A stretch of DNA of 64,000 nucleotides, from positions 18,527-82,526 of IMG/VR virus record IMGVR_UViG_3300025429_000011, one strand, 5' to 3'. The position numbers and the translations under genes were made by a program. Every line of letters begins with the position of its first letter. The first letter of the stretch is position 1. Shown in pieces: positions 27,407 through 37,087 of the stretch. Origin of the DNA: a virus. Lineage: Duplodnaviria; Heunggongvirae; Uroviricota; Caudoviricetes. Below the pieces are notes generated by a model, which saw nothing but the letters and a program-made list of their open reading frames with translations, searched no databases and was not told the DNA's origin.

Positions 27407-29509
27407 ATGCCATTTCAAGTAAGTCCTGGTGTAAACGTATCAGAAATTGACTTGACAACAATCGTACCTGCAGTATCTACTACAACTGGTGCGTTTGCTG
27501 GAACATTCAGATGGGGTCCTGTAGATCAGGCATTCCTAGTATCTTCTGAAGATGAACTAGTTCAATATTTCGGTAAGCCTACAGCCAACAATTACGAAAC
27601 ATTTTTTACTGCAGCTAACTTCCTAGCTTACGGTAATCAATTATATATTTCTAGAGCAGCTAATACTGGAACATATAATGCTTATGCATATACTGGCGGT
27701 ACTGCTGCAAACGTAACAGTAAGAAATTCTGATGATTTTAATATTCAAAGTGGATCTTTCTCTTCTAATCAGCCATTTATTGCTAAGTATCCAGGTGCCC
27801 TAGGTAATTCTCTAAGAATTTCTATTTGCCCTACTGCAAATGCCTATAGCAGCATGCTAACAGCTGCAAATATGGCTAATAATTCACCAAATGGTAATGC
27901 AGCTACTTATGCTGCTAATACTACTGCACAATTCATGCTAGATATTGGTTCTAGTGTAGCTAACATAGTAGTTAATTGTGCTAATACATCTGGTTTCGGT
28001 GCATTATTTGCTAATGATTCTGCATTTAACATATATTCAAACATCAACTTAAATGATTACATTAAAGTAGGAGATGCAACTACAGGTGTACAATATATGC
28101 AAGTTGCATATTCTACAATACCAGTCGTTGATCCTTCTAACGTACAACAATATTGGTTTAATATTGGTTTTACTGATGTATTAAAAGTAAAATCTGGTAT
28201 TAATATGTCTTATCTTGGTGGAAACACTGCAGTTACTAGATTCTGGGAATTTTATAATGCAGTTGATGGTGCACCTGGTGTTTCTAATTACGTAAATCAA
28301 CGCACTTCTAATAATGCAATTAGAGATCAACTTCATATTGTTGTTGTTGATAATCAAGGTGTTATTACCGGTGTGCCTAATCAAATTTTAGAAGTATGGC
28401 CTAACCTTTCTCGTGCAACTGATGCAAAAGGTGAACAAGGTGGTTCAATTTATTACCGTCGCGTATTAGATCAATCATCTAGATATGTTTGGGCAGCTAC
28501 AGATTATGTTGGTTCAGGTGTTACTAATAATCAGCTACAACCTCCTAACTTTAGCGCACCACACTATATAAACTTTGTAAAAGGTACAGATGGTCCAACA
28601 GAAAGTGATATTTCAATATCTGCAGTAGCAACAGCATATGATGTATTTGCTTCAGCAGAAAGTATTGATATTTCATTAGTATTAACTGGTAAAGCTTCAA
28701 TATCAGCAGGGTCTGGAGAAGTTCTTCCAAATTACCTAATTGATAATATTGCTGAATCAAGAAGAGATTGCGTAGTTTTCGTATCTCCTCCTTATGAATC
28801 TGTAGTAGGTGTACCCGGTTTTGAAGGATCTAATTTAGTTGCATTCCGTAATTTATTAAGATCCTCTTCATACTCTGTACTTGATTCTGGTTACAAATAT
28901 CAATATGACAAGTATAACGATACTTACCGTTGGGTTCCACTAAATGGTGATATTGCCGGTCTATGTGTAAGAACTGATAATACACGTGATCCATGGTACT
29001 CACCAGCTGGGTTTAACAGAGGTCAGGTAAAAAATGTTGTTAAATTAGCATTTAATCCAAATCAAGCTAACCGCGACCTTCTTTATAAGAATGGTGTTAA
29101 TCCAGTTGTTACATTCCCAGGTCAAGGAACTGTATTGTATGGGGATAAGACAATGTTAGCACAACCTTCTGCATTTGATCGTATTAACGTACGTAGATTG
29201 TTCATTGTGCTTGAAAAAGCAATTTCTACTGCTGCTAAGTTTGCTCTATTTGAATTCAATGATGATTTTACTAGAGCAGCATTCCGCAACCTCGTTGAAC
29301 CATATCTAAGAGATGTTCAAGGTCGTCGTGGTATCTATGACTTTAAGGTAGTTTGTGACGCAACAAACAATACGCCAGAAGTTATTGACGGAAATAGATT
29401 TGTAGGAGATATTTACATTAAACCAGCACGCTCAATTAACTTCATTCAGCTTAACTTCGTTGCAGTACGCACCGGTGTTCAGTTCGATGAAATTGTTGGT
29501 AAGTTCTAA
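27407..29509 (+). CDS. 18: Tail sheath protein gp18.
   Basis: N-terminal SPGVNVSEIDLTT..TTGAFAGTFRWGP matches T4 gp18 (SPGIELKETTVQ..GTAALAGKFQWGP). 700 aa. Confidence 0.9.
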   Translation: MPFQVSPGVNVSEIDLTTIVPAVSTTTGAFAGTFRWGPVDQAFLVSSEDELVQYFGKPTANNYETFFTAANFLAYGNQLYISRAANTGTYNAYAYTGGTAANVTVRNSDDFNIQSGSFSSNQPFIAKYPGALGNSLRISICPTANAYSSMLTAANMANNSPNGNAATYAANTTAQFMLDIGSSVANIVVNCANTSGFGALFANDSAFNIYSNINLNDYIKVGDATTGVQYMQVAYSTIPVVDPSNVQQYWFNIGFTDVLKVKSGINMSYLGGNTAVTRFWEFYNAVDGAPGVSNYVNQRTSNNAIRDQLHIVVVDNQGVITGVPNQILEVWPNLSRATDAKGEQGGSIYYRRVLDQSSRYVWAATDYVGSGVTNNQLQPPNFSAPHYINFVKGTDGPTESDISISAVATAYDVFASAESIDISLVLTGKASISAGSGEVLPNYLIDNIAESRRDCVVFVSPPYESVVGVPGFEGSNLVAFRNLLRSSSYSVLDSGYKYQYDKYNDTYRWVPLNGDIAGLCVRTDNTRDPWYSPAGFNRGQVKNVVKLAFNPNQANRDLLYKNGVNPVVTFPGQGTVLYGDKTMLAQPSAFDRINVRRLFIVLEKAISTAAKFALFEFNDDFTRAAFRNLVEPYLRDVQGRRGIYDFKVVCDATNNTPEVIDGNRFVGDIYIKPARSINFIQLNFVAVRTGVQFDEIVGKF

Positions 29510-29523
29510 GGGAGGAATGACAA

Positions 29524-30075
29524 ATGGCATTTAATATCAACGACATTCGTGCCCAACTTACACTTGGTGGTGCGAGACCTAGTTTATTCCAGGTTATTAT
29601 TAGTAACCCAGTTAATCCAATTGCAGATCTAAAGTTGCCTTTCCTATGTAAGGCAGCTCAACTTCCTGCTTCATCTTTAGGCACTATTGAAGTACCATAC
29701 TTTGGTAGAAAGCTTAAGATTGCTGGAGATCGTAAATTTGATCCATGGACTGTTACTATCATCAATGATGAAGATTTCTTAGTAAGAAATGCTATGGAAA
29801 CTTGGAATAACTCAATTCAACTTTATCAACAAAATATTACTGCTCTCGGAACTTCTGCACCAGCTGTGTATAAGTCTCAAGCAACTGTAACTCAGTTTGG
29901 TAAAGACGGTACAATTCTAAGAACATATCAATTCAATGGTATCTTCCCTGATCAAATCTCAGCTATTGATTTGGCATGGAATACTACTGATGAAATTGAA
30001 GATTTCCAAGTATCATTCCAGTATGACACATTCGAAGTATTGAATAGTATTACTGGTAATGCTGGTGGCGCTTAA
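29524..30075 (+). CDS. 19: Tail tube protein gp19.
   Basis: RPSLFQV..CKAAQLPAS..GRKLKIAGDRKFDPWTVTIINDE matches T4 gp19 (RPNLFQVEIS..CKATALPAG..NRKINVAGDRTFDDWTVTVMNDE). Confidence 0.9.
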   Translation: MAFNINDIRAQLTLGGARPSLFQVIISNPVNPIADLKLPFLCKAAQLPASSLGTIEVPYFGRKLKIAGDRKFDPWTVTIINDEDFLVRNAMETWNNSIQLYQQNITALGTSAPAVYKSQATVTQFGKDGTILRTYQFNGIFPDQISAIDLAWNTTDEIEDFQVSFQYDTFEVLNSITGNAGGA

Positions 30076-30085
30076 GAAATAATTT

Positions 30086-30120
30086 AAAAGAGACCCTATA
30101 AATACAATAGGGTCTCTTTA
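30086..30120 (+). terminator. Stem-loop (9-bp perfect stem agagaccct/agggtctct) after gp19. Its loop contains the late promoter TATAAATA (30097-30104) for gp20, and the stem is followed by a T-rich tract.
   Basis: aagagaccctataaatacaatagggtctctttactttctt was read directly. Confidence 0.5.
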
Positions 30121-30143
30121 CTTTCTTAAGGAAAATTATTATT

Positions 30144-31736
30144 ATGGTACAATTATTTGGATTTGAAATCAACCGCAAGGTTAAAGAACCAATAGAATCA
30201 TTTGCACCTCCTGTAAATGATGATGGCGCAGTAATTGTTGCAGCCGGTGGTGCATATGGCACCTATATTGATTTAGATGGTACTGCACGTACTGAATCAG
30301 AACTAGTTTCCAAATATCGCGAAATTGCATTAGAAGCAGATATCGAAAGAGCTGTTGACGATATTGTCAATGAAGCCATTGATACTGATGCAGAGAAAAT
30401 TGTAGAAATTAATCTTGATAAAATTAAATATAGTGAAAATGTAAAAGAAAAAATTAGAGAAGAATTTGAAATTATAATTGAACTTCTTAATTTTCATAAT
30501 GAAGCATATGATCTCTTTAAAAGATGGTATATTGATGGCAGAATGTATTTCCATGCTATCATAGACGAAAAAAACCCTAGAGAAGGTATTAAAGAGCTTC
30601 GTTATATTGATCCTAGAAAAATTCGTAAGATAAGAGAAATTAAAAAGAAAACTAAAGGTGATACTACGGTTGCTTATGCTAATCGCGAGTATTATGTATA
30701 TAATGAGCGTAATTTTTTACCTGCTGGTGGTAATGCAGGTCTTCCAATGGATGCAGGCGCTGTTAATGGCGTAAAAATTGCTGCAGACTCTATTATTCAT
30801 GTTACATCTGGTTTAATGGATAAAAACAACGCATTTGTTTATTCATACCTTCAAAAAGCTATTCGCCCTCTTAATCAATTACGTACATTAGAAGATGCAA
30901 CCGTTATTTACCGCATCTCACGTGCTCCAGAGCGTCGTATTTTTTATATTGATGTTGGCAATCTTCCTAAGATTAAAGCTGAACAATATATGAGAGACAT
31001 GATGACTAAACATAAGAATCGTTTAGTCTATGATGCTACTACCGGTGAAGTTCGTGATGATCGTAAATATATGACGATGCTAGAAGATTATTGGTTGCCA
31101 AGAAGAGAAGGTAATCGTGGTACAGAAATTACTACTCTTCCAGCAGGTCAAAATTTAGGTGAGATGGCAGACGTTACATACTTTCAACAGAAGTTATATC
31201 AATCTCTTAACGTTCCTGTATCGCGTCTTCAATCATCTTCTGAAGTATTCAGTTTAGGAAAAGCTACTGAAATTTCTAGAGATGAAGTAAAGTTTGTTAA
31301 GTTTGTAGGACGTCTGAGAAAAAGATTCTCTCATCTTTTAATGAAATCATTAGAAAAGCAATTAATTCTTAAAGGAATAGTATCTGAAAATGATTGGAAT
31401 GAATTATCTAATCAAATTAATTTTGATTTTGCAATAGATAGTCATTTTGAAGAATTTAAAGATACAGAAATATTACAAAGTAGATTAGCTAATCTAACAG
31501 AAATACAGCCTTTTATTGGTAAGTATTTTTCTGAAGAATGGGTAAGAAAAAATATACTTCATCAAACAGATAAAGACATAGAAGATATGATGGCTCAAAT
31601 AGAAGCAGAGGTATCTAATCAGCCCGAGCCAGACGTAGAAACACAACCAGCTGAACAGCCTGCTAATGCTAATAACAACATTAAAATACATGTAACAAGT
31701 TCAGCAGTACCAACTGTAGATGGTGCTGGTAGATAA
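30144..31736 (+). CDS. 20: Portal vertex protein gp20.
   Basis: 530 aa (T4 gp20 is 524 aa). Lies between gp19 and the prohead genes. Conserved portal core regions. Confidence 0.85.
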   Translation: MVQLFGFEINRKVKEPIESFAPPVNDDGAVIVAAGGAYGTYIDLDGTARTESELVSKYREIALEADIERAVDDIVNEAIDTDAEKIVEINLDKIKYSENVKEKIREEFEIIIELLNFHNEAYDLFKRWYIDGRMYFHAIIDEKNPREGIKELRYIDPRKIRKIREIKKKTKGDTTVAYANREYYVYNERNFLPAGGNAGLPMDAGAVNGVKIAADSIIHVTSGLMDKNNAFVYSYLQKAIRPLNQLRTLEDATVIYRISRAPERRIFYIDVGNLPKIKAEQYMRDMMTKHKNRLVYDATTGEVRDDRKYMTMLEDYWLPRREGNRGTEITTLPAGQNLGEMADVTYFQQKLYQSLNVPVSRLQSSSEVFSLGKATEISRDEVKFVKFVGRLRKRFSHLLMKSLEKQLILKGIVSENDWNELSNQINFDFAIDSHFEEFKDTEILQSRLANLTEIQPFIGKYFSEEWVRKNILHQTDKDIEDMMAQIEAEVSNQPEPDVETQPAEQPANANNNIKIHVTSSAVPTVDGAGR

Positions 31737-31747
31737 TTTAATAATTT

Positions 31748-31755
31748 TATAAATA
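31748..31755 (+). promoter_or_regulatory. Canonical late promoter TATAAATA upstream of the small acidic protein gene.
   Basis: Exact TATAAATA about 25 nt upstream of the ATG at 31780. GGAGG RBS at 31770-31774. Confidence 0.45.
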
Positions 31756-31779
31756 TATTATAGATTTTTGGAGGTAATT

Positions 31780-32049
31780 ATGGCGGATATAGAAGATCTT
31801 TTAGTTCATGCTTGGAATAAAGATGCGGTAAATCTTAAGCCTGCATTAGATGATATTATGACAGCAAAAGTAGCAGAAAGAATGGATGATACATTCATGG
31901 ATGTTGCTGCTTCAATTTATGGTAGTACTGATGGTGATCCTAATAATGAACCTCTAGACGGCGATTCAGATTTAGATACACAAGATAACACAGATAACGA
32001 AGGAACCCCAGAAGATGCCGATGAATTTGAAGCAAATAATCAAGAGTAA
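31780..32049 (+). CDS. Small very acidic protein (gp67-like prohead core protein candidate).
   Basis: MADIEDLL...DGDSDLDTQDNTDNEGTPEDADEFE is highly acidic. Position matches T4 gp67 between gp20 and gp21. A strong RBS precedes the ATG at 31780. Confidence 0.5.
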   Translation: MADIEDLLVHAWNKDAVNLKPALDDIMTAKVAERMDDTFMDVAASIYGSTDGDPNNEPLDGDSDLDTQDNTDNEGTPEDADEFEANNQE

Positions 32050-33931
32050 GTTGTTTGAAGTAGAACAACCACAATCTCAGGGTGAGAAAAATTTCAAAGC
32101 CCTTCACAAGGCAGTTGACCATAAGAACTTGGTTCCTGGGGTTACTGATCAAGACCATGTTTTTAACGGTTCAACAAAACCATATGACAACAAATATCTT
32201 AACTCATATAAGCCAGGCGAAGATCGTACTGCTTATGATAAGACATTAAAGTTAGACGATAAAGAAACAAATAATGGTTATGAAACTGCTAATGTAAAAG
32301 AAGCAATGGGTTCTATGATCGATAAAACACATAAAGATAGTCAACATAAAGCATCTTTTGGTTCATCAAACATTTCAGATATGATGAGAAAAGAAAAACA
32401 AAGAAAAGCTGCTGCAGAAGGCAAAAGAAATTCTTCTTTATCATCTAGAGCATCTTCAAATAGACAAGTACATTCTGAAGAAGTAGAAACTACAGATGAA
32501 AATTATTTTAGATCAAATAATCAAACATCATTTCATAAAAGAGAAAAGATGTATAAATTAGCTTCTAACAAGCCATTTCATAGTGATATGCAAACACATA
32601 TTATACATGTTCATGCTTCTAAAGATGGCGGACCTGTAGAAGTTCATAAAGAAAAAATTCAAGCAAAAGATAAACATAAAGCAATGACTGATGCTCAATT
32701 TAAATATTCACCTAAAAAAGGCTATAAAATTAGTGATACAAAATATAAAGGTGTAATGAAAGAAGAAATTGAGCTTCTTGACGAAGCCGCTTGGACTGAA
32801 AAGAATTTGCCTGCTGGTAATTATAATCAAGGCGGTCATACTGAAAAAGGCGACCTTCATCATATTGAAGTACATCCAGAAGTACTTAAGAAGCATGGCA
32901 TTTCACATCAAGTATCACATGCCGGTGAATATGGACAGACTCATCATTTTGAGCATCCATCACATGGTAAGGTAGCAGTGTATCAATCAGATTTAAATAA
33001 AAAGACAGGCAACCCAATTATGTCAGTTAGAACTTATGGCCCACAAGGTGCTAAGCCAGTCGCTCATAAATTTGCTAAAAAATTATCTGGAAATATGATG
33101 CATTCTTATAGTGAATCAGTAAATGAAGATTATGATGATACACCAGAAGAAGTATCAATGGTAAGAACTGAACTTAGAGCAATTATTAATGATGCACAAA
33201 GTCTTTTAGATAATATGCCATCAAACATGCACATTGAACCATGGGTACAATCTAAAATTGCAGTAGCAAAGTCTATGGTTTGTGGTGTACATGACTATAT
33301 GTTATATTCTGATGATGCAGGTGTGCCTTCTGATCAAAGAGTTGCTCCTATGCCTTCTATGTCTAATCCTTTTATGTCTAGTGAAGAAACTACTCCTTCA
33401 CAAAAGAAAAAAATGATGAAAGATGTGCCAGTAGCTGGAACTATGAGTCCTTCAGAAGGTGCTTCAGTTATTACTAAAGAAGAAACAGATGTAGTAGATG
33501 AAAAACTTTCAGATGAGAAATTAAAGAAGTTTGCTAAACTAGCTCCTCCTTATGATAAAATTACACATGCTGATAAAATTGTAGCAGTAAAGAAAAAAGA
33601 AGCTGGACAAAAAATTCTTCCAGAAGCTTCTATGCTAGGTAAAGAATGTTCTGAATGTAATGATGGTCATTATAAAGAAGAAAAAGGTAAAATGGTTTGC
33701 GATGAATGCGGTCATATGGCTAAAAATGAAATGAAAGAAGCTTCTGTTATTAAGAGTCATGCTATGAATATGGCTAAACAGGCTCTTCATAAATTAAAGC
33801 CAAAAATGAAGTACACTATGCATACTAAAATGAAAACACCAAAAGAACATATTAAGATGGATGAAAGTATTCTTTCTGATGAAGAAAAAGCTCGTCTTGA
33901 TTCTATCATGAATACAGAAATGGGAGAATAA
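32015..33931 (+). CDS. Lys/His-rich 638-aa protein with a C-terminal CxxC..CxxC zinc ribbon. Candidate internal head / prohead core protein.
   Basis: His-rich tracts (HIIHVHASKDGGPVEVHKEK; HHIEVHPEVLKKHGISHQVSHAGEYGQTHHFEHPSHGK) and CSECNDGHYKEEKGKMVCDECGH. It lies between the portal and the prohead protease. Confidence 0.5.
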   Translation: MPMNLKQIIKSKLFEVEQPQSQGEKNFKALHKAVDHKNLVPGVTDQDHVFNGSTKPYDNKYLNSYKPGEDRTAYDKTLKLDDKETNNGYETANVKEAMGSMIDKTHKDSQHKASFGSSNISDMMRKEKQRKAAAEGKRNSSLSSRASSNRQVHSEEVETTDENYFRSNNQTSFHKREKMYKLASNKPFHSDMQTHIIHVHASKDGGPVEVHKEKIQAKDKHKAMTDAQFKYSPKKGYKISDTKYKGVMKEEIELLDEAAWTEKNLPAGNYNQGGHTEKGDLHHIEVHPEVLKKHGISHQVSHAGEYGQTHHFEHPSHGKVAVYQSDLNKKTGNPIMSVRTYGPQGAKPVAHKFAKKLSGNMMHSYSESVNEDYDDTPEEVSMVRTELRAIINDAQSLLDNMPSNMHIEPWVQSKIAVAKSMVCGVHDYMLYSDDAGVPSDQRVAPMPSMSNPFMSSEETTPSQKKKMMKDVPVAGTMSPSEGASVITKEETDVVDEKLSDEKLKKFAKLAPPYDKITHADKIVAVKKKEAGQKILPEASMLGKECSECNDGHYKEEKGKMVCDECGHMAKNEMKEASVIKSHAMNMAKQALHKLKPKMKYTMHTKMKTPKEHIKMDESILSDEEKARLDSIMNTEMGE

Positions 33932-33932
33932 G

Positions 33933-34979
33933 ATGGAACACAAATATCTTAATACCATTAAAGCAATTAAAGCTAAACGTAAAGAAATGCAAAAAGAAGA
34001 AGTAGAGACTAATGAAGGTATTGTAAAAGGTACTGCTTCATTAGTTAAGCATGCTGTTGGTGTACCGGTTAAAACAGCCGGTAGAGTTGCAATGGGCGCA
34101 GTAAATGCAGTTCATTCAGTAGCTAGTGGCGTTAAAAATACAGTAAAAGATGTAAAAGATGCATCTAAAAAAGTAAAAGCTGCATATTCTGAAGAAGTAG
34201 ATCTTACTGAAGTATTAAAAGCATCTGATCCTGTTGGTAAGTGGATTGACGATTTTGTTCAATCTGATAATCCTAAGTTTAAAGATAAAACTAAAGAAGA
34301 ACGTCGTAAGATGGCTTTAGGGGCTTACTATGCAGCTCAAAAAGAATCTTACGAAAATTCAACCGAAGAATTAGCAGAAGGTCGTGGACGTCCTCCTAAA
34401 GAAGGTTCTAAAGCATGGCATGCTGCACAAACTAAATCTTCTGCAGGAGAAAGCTCCGATCAAGAAGCAGATAAGAACATTGTTAACCAAATGAGAAAGA
34501 AACCTGTAGGTGACACTCATCATCTAATATTTGGTAATGGTGAAAAGAAAAACGTGCATGTAAAGCATGTCAATAAAGCACTTTCTATGTTAGCTAATAC
34601 TCCAAAACCTGCTGATAGAGAAAAACTTCAATCAAGTCTAAGTCATTCTCATAAGAGATTTATGGATACTGTTACATCTGGTAAAGCAGTAGAAGATTCA
34701 GCTCGCCCTAAAGTATCACTTGGCAAGATGAAAGCTGAAGCTGTAGAAATGTCAGATACAGGTCCAGAAAAAGCTTATATTGAGAATGGTAAATTGGTAG
34801 TAAGAAAAAAAGCAAGAAAAGATATAAAAATTGAAAATCTTGACCTAGAAATTGAAAATTCACTAAATAATTTATACTTAAATTTATCAGAAAACAATCA
34901 AGAATTGTTTTTAGATCTAATTTCTTCTGAAGATGGATTATTAGATTTAATTAATTTTGCTAAGGATCAAGGATTTTAA
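33933..34979 (+). CDS. Lys-rich hypothetical protein (possible internal head or scaffold-associated protein).
   Basis: 348-aa ORF with ATGA overlap with the upstream gene. Confidence 0.5.
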   Translation: MEHKYLNTIKAIKAKRKEMQKEEVETNEGIVKGTASLVKHAVGVPVKTAGRVAMGAVNAVHSVASGVKNTVKDVKDASKKVKAAYSEEVDLTEVLKASDPVGKWIDDFVQSDNPKFKDKTKEERRKMALGAYYAAQKESYENSTEELAEGRGRPPKEGSKAWHAAQTKSSAGESSDQEADKNIVNQMRKKPVGDTHHLIFGNGEKKNVHVKHVNKALSMLANTPKPADREKLQSSLSHSHKRFMDTVTSGKAVEDSARPKVSLGKMKAEAVEMSDTGPEKAYIENGKLVVRKKARKDIKIENLDLEIENSLNNLYLNLSENNQELFLDLISSEDGLLDLINFAKDQGF

Positions 34980-34980
34980 T

Positions 34981-35241
34981 ATGAGTACTGTAATAAAGCC
35001 ATTGGCAAATACTATCAATATTGATTCAACAGCCAATAATATGAATGGAGCAACTTTGTTGAAAGTTGTTAATTCATCTACAACTACATATGCAACTTTA
35101 GTATTTAAATATGCTAATGGTACTCAATACGCAGATTTGCCAATGGCACCTCTAGAAAGTGTGATTGTACAAAAGGCAAATACTGATTTAGTTATTGGAA
35201 ACAGTATGTATGCCTGCGCAATTGCTTGGCCAAAAGGATAA
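34981..35241 (+). CDS. Hypothetical small protein.
   Basis: ATG at 34981 immediately after the upstream stop. 86 aa. Confidence 0.4.
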   Translation: MSTVIKPLANTINIDSTANNMNGATLLKVVNSSTTTYATLVFKYANGTQYADLPMAPLESVIVQKANTDLVIGNSMYACAIAWPKG

Positions 35242-35246
35242 TACAA

Positions 35247-35924
35247 ATGAAACTTATTACTGAAGTAAATGAAGAATTAAAATACATTGCTGAAGATAGC
35301 GCTGAAGGTAAAAAGAACCTTTATATTGAAGGTATATTCCTTCAAGGAGGTCTTGTAAACCGTAATGGCAGAATGTATGATCCTGAAATTCTTGAAAAAG
35401 AAGTCAATCGCTATCATAAAGAAAATATTGATGCAGGGCGTGCTTATGGTGAACTAGGTCATCCATCAGGTCCATCTATCAATTTAGAGCGCGTTTGTAT
35501 GATGATTAAGTCTCTTAGAAGAGAAGGTAATAACTTCATTGGTAAAGCTAAGATTATGGATACACCATATGGACAGATTGTAAAAAACCTTATGTCAGAA
35601 GGTGCCAGACTAGGTGTTTCTTCTCGTGGTATGGGCTCTTTAAAAGAAGTAAATGGTGTAAATGTAGTTCAAGATGATTTTTATCTTGCTACAGCTGCAG
35701 ACATTGTTGCTGATCCTTCCGCTCCAGACGCTTACGTTAATGGTGTTATGGAAGGCGTTGAGTGGGTTTGGAACAATGGTGTATTAAAGGCTGCTGCTCC
35801 TCAAAAAGCAGAAGAGCTTGTACAGGTTGCAGAAGTTCATAAAGAAGTAATTAAGAAAGCATCTAAATCTGAATTAGCTGAAGCTAAGATTAGAGTTTTC
35901 CAACATTTTCTTTCAAAATTATAA
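35247..35924 (+). CDS. 21: Prohead core protease gp21.
   Basis: NLYIEGIFLQGGLVNRNGRMYDPEILEKEV..YGELGHP..GVSSRGMGSL matches T4 gp21 (GLYIEGIFMQAEVVNRNKRLYPKRILEKAV..LGELNHP..GVSSRGLGSL). Confidence 0.9.
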   Translation: MKLITEVNEELKYIAEDSAEGKKNLYIEGIFLQGGLVNRNGRMYDPEILEKEVNRYHKENIDAGRAYGELGHPSGPSINLERVCMMIKSLRREGNNFIGKAKIMDTPYGQIVKNLMSEGARLGVSSRGMGSLKEVNGVNVVQDDFYLATAADIVADPSAPDAYVNGVMEGVEWVWNNGVLKAAAPQKAEELVQVAEVHKEVIKKASKSELAEAKIRVFQHFLSKL

Positions 35925-35960
35925 TTTGCATAAATAGTTCATATAACACAGGAGATTCTA

Positions 35961-37043
35961 ATGGATAATGTAAATAATCAAGTAGATGTAAATGAAGCAG
36001 ATGCTGCTTCAAATATGTCCACAATTCAAGCAAAGCCAACTGAAGTGTCACGTTCAGAGCTTATGGCAAAGATGGTAGACTATGCTGCAAAAGCAAGCAA
36101 AGAAGATCTTGCTGCCTTTATTGCTAGCATTGGCGGTGAGCCAGCTGAAAACGATCATGTACCTACTAATGATGAAATTGCTAACAACAATAAAGGTGCA
36201 GAAAACGGTGCTGGTGATAATTCTGCTAAGAATATGGCATCAATTAAATCATCTGGTAAGCATGCAGATCCAATGCCATCAATCAAAGAAGATCTAGAAA
36301 TGATTTTCGGAGATTCAGATGACCTTTCTGAAGATTTTAGAGTTAAAGTTTCTACACTATTTGAAGCAGCAGTTTCAACTAGAGTAAACTTAGAAGTTGC
36401 TAAGATTGAAGAAAATTATGAGACACTTCAAAACAATCTATCAGAGCAATATGAACAAGCTCTTGAAGAGTCTGTAACCGAAATTAAGAATGAAATGGTA
36501 GAAAATATTGATAACTACCTAAATTATGCTGTTGCTGAATGGATGACAGAAAACAAACTAGCTATTACTAATAATATTCGCACTGAGATGGCAGAATCAT
36601 TTATTGCTAGTTTGAAGAATGTATTTGAAGATCATTATGTAAATATTCCTGAAGATAAGGTTGATGTTGTAGAAGCATTAACTTCTGAACTAGAAGAAAT
36701 TAAAGCTCGTTTGAATGAAACAACTGAAAAGAATATTGAATTATCAAAGGTTGTTAATGAAAAGAACGTAGCAGAAATTGCTAGTTCAATGGCAGAAGGA
36801 ATGACAGATACTCAGAAAGACAAGTTCTTTAAGCTTACTGAGGCTGTTAGCTATAATGATGCTGATGAATTTCGCAAAAAGATTGCTATCATTAAAGAAA
36901 CATATTTCCCAAAGGCTCAGGAAGTAAGAGTTGCTCAGGATCAGCTTCTTAGCGAAACTGTTGAAGAGCCTGTAAAGGAGCCTTCACTTGATCCTAATAT
37001 GCAAAGCTATGTTTCTTCAATCTCAAGAACTCTTAAAAGATAA
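35961..37043 (+). CDS. 22: Prohead scaffolding protein gp22.
   Basis: Acidic, coiled-coil-rich 360-aa protein between gp21 and gp23. Confidence 0.7.
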   Translation: MDNVNNQVDVNEADAASNMSTIQAKPTEVSRSELMAKMVDYAAKASKEDLAAFIASIGGEPAENDHVPTNDEIANNNKGAENGAGDNSAKNMASIKSSGKHADPMPSIKEDLEMIFGDSDDLSEDFRVKVSTLFEAAVSTRVNLEVAKIEENYETLQNNLSEQYEQALEESVTEIKNEMVENIDNYLNYAVAEWMTENKLAITNNIRTEMAESFIASLKNVFEDHYVNIPEDKVDVVEALTSELEEIKARLNETTEKNIELSKVVNEKNVAEIASSMAEGMTDTQKDKFFKLTEAVSYNDADEFRKKIAIIKETYFPKAQEVRVAQDQLLSETVEEPVKEPSLDPNMQSYVSSISRTLKR

Positions 37044-37047
37044 AATT

Positions 37048-37055
37048 TAATAAAT
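37048..37055 (+). promoter_or_regulatory. Late promoter variant AATAAATA upstream of gp23.
   Basis: About 33 nt upstream of the ATG. AGGAG RBS at 37074-37078. Confidence 0.4.
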
Positions 37056-37087
37056 AAGTTAATAAACACTCTAAAGGAGAAAGACAA

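Noticed and set aside
31768-31779. ORF-track start of the acidic protein at 31768 (TTG) and similar TTG/alternative starts reported as M for 44627, 51632 and 120.
   Set aside because: Downstream ATGs with proper Shine-Dalgarno spacing (31780, 44633 and 51653) are better starts. The ORF at 120 is actually the continuation of a gene that starts upstream of the window.
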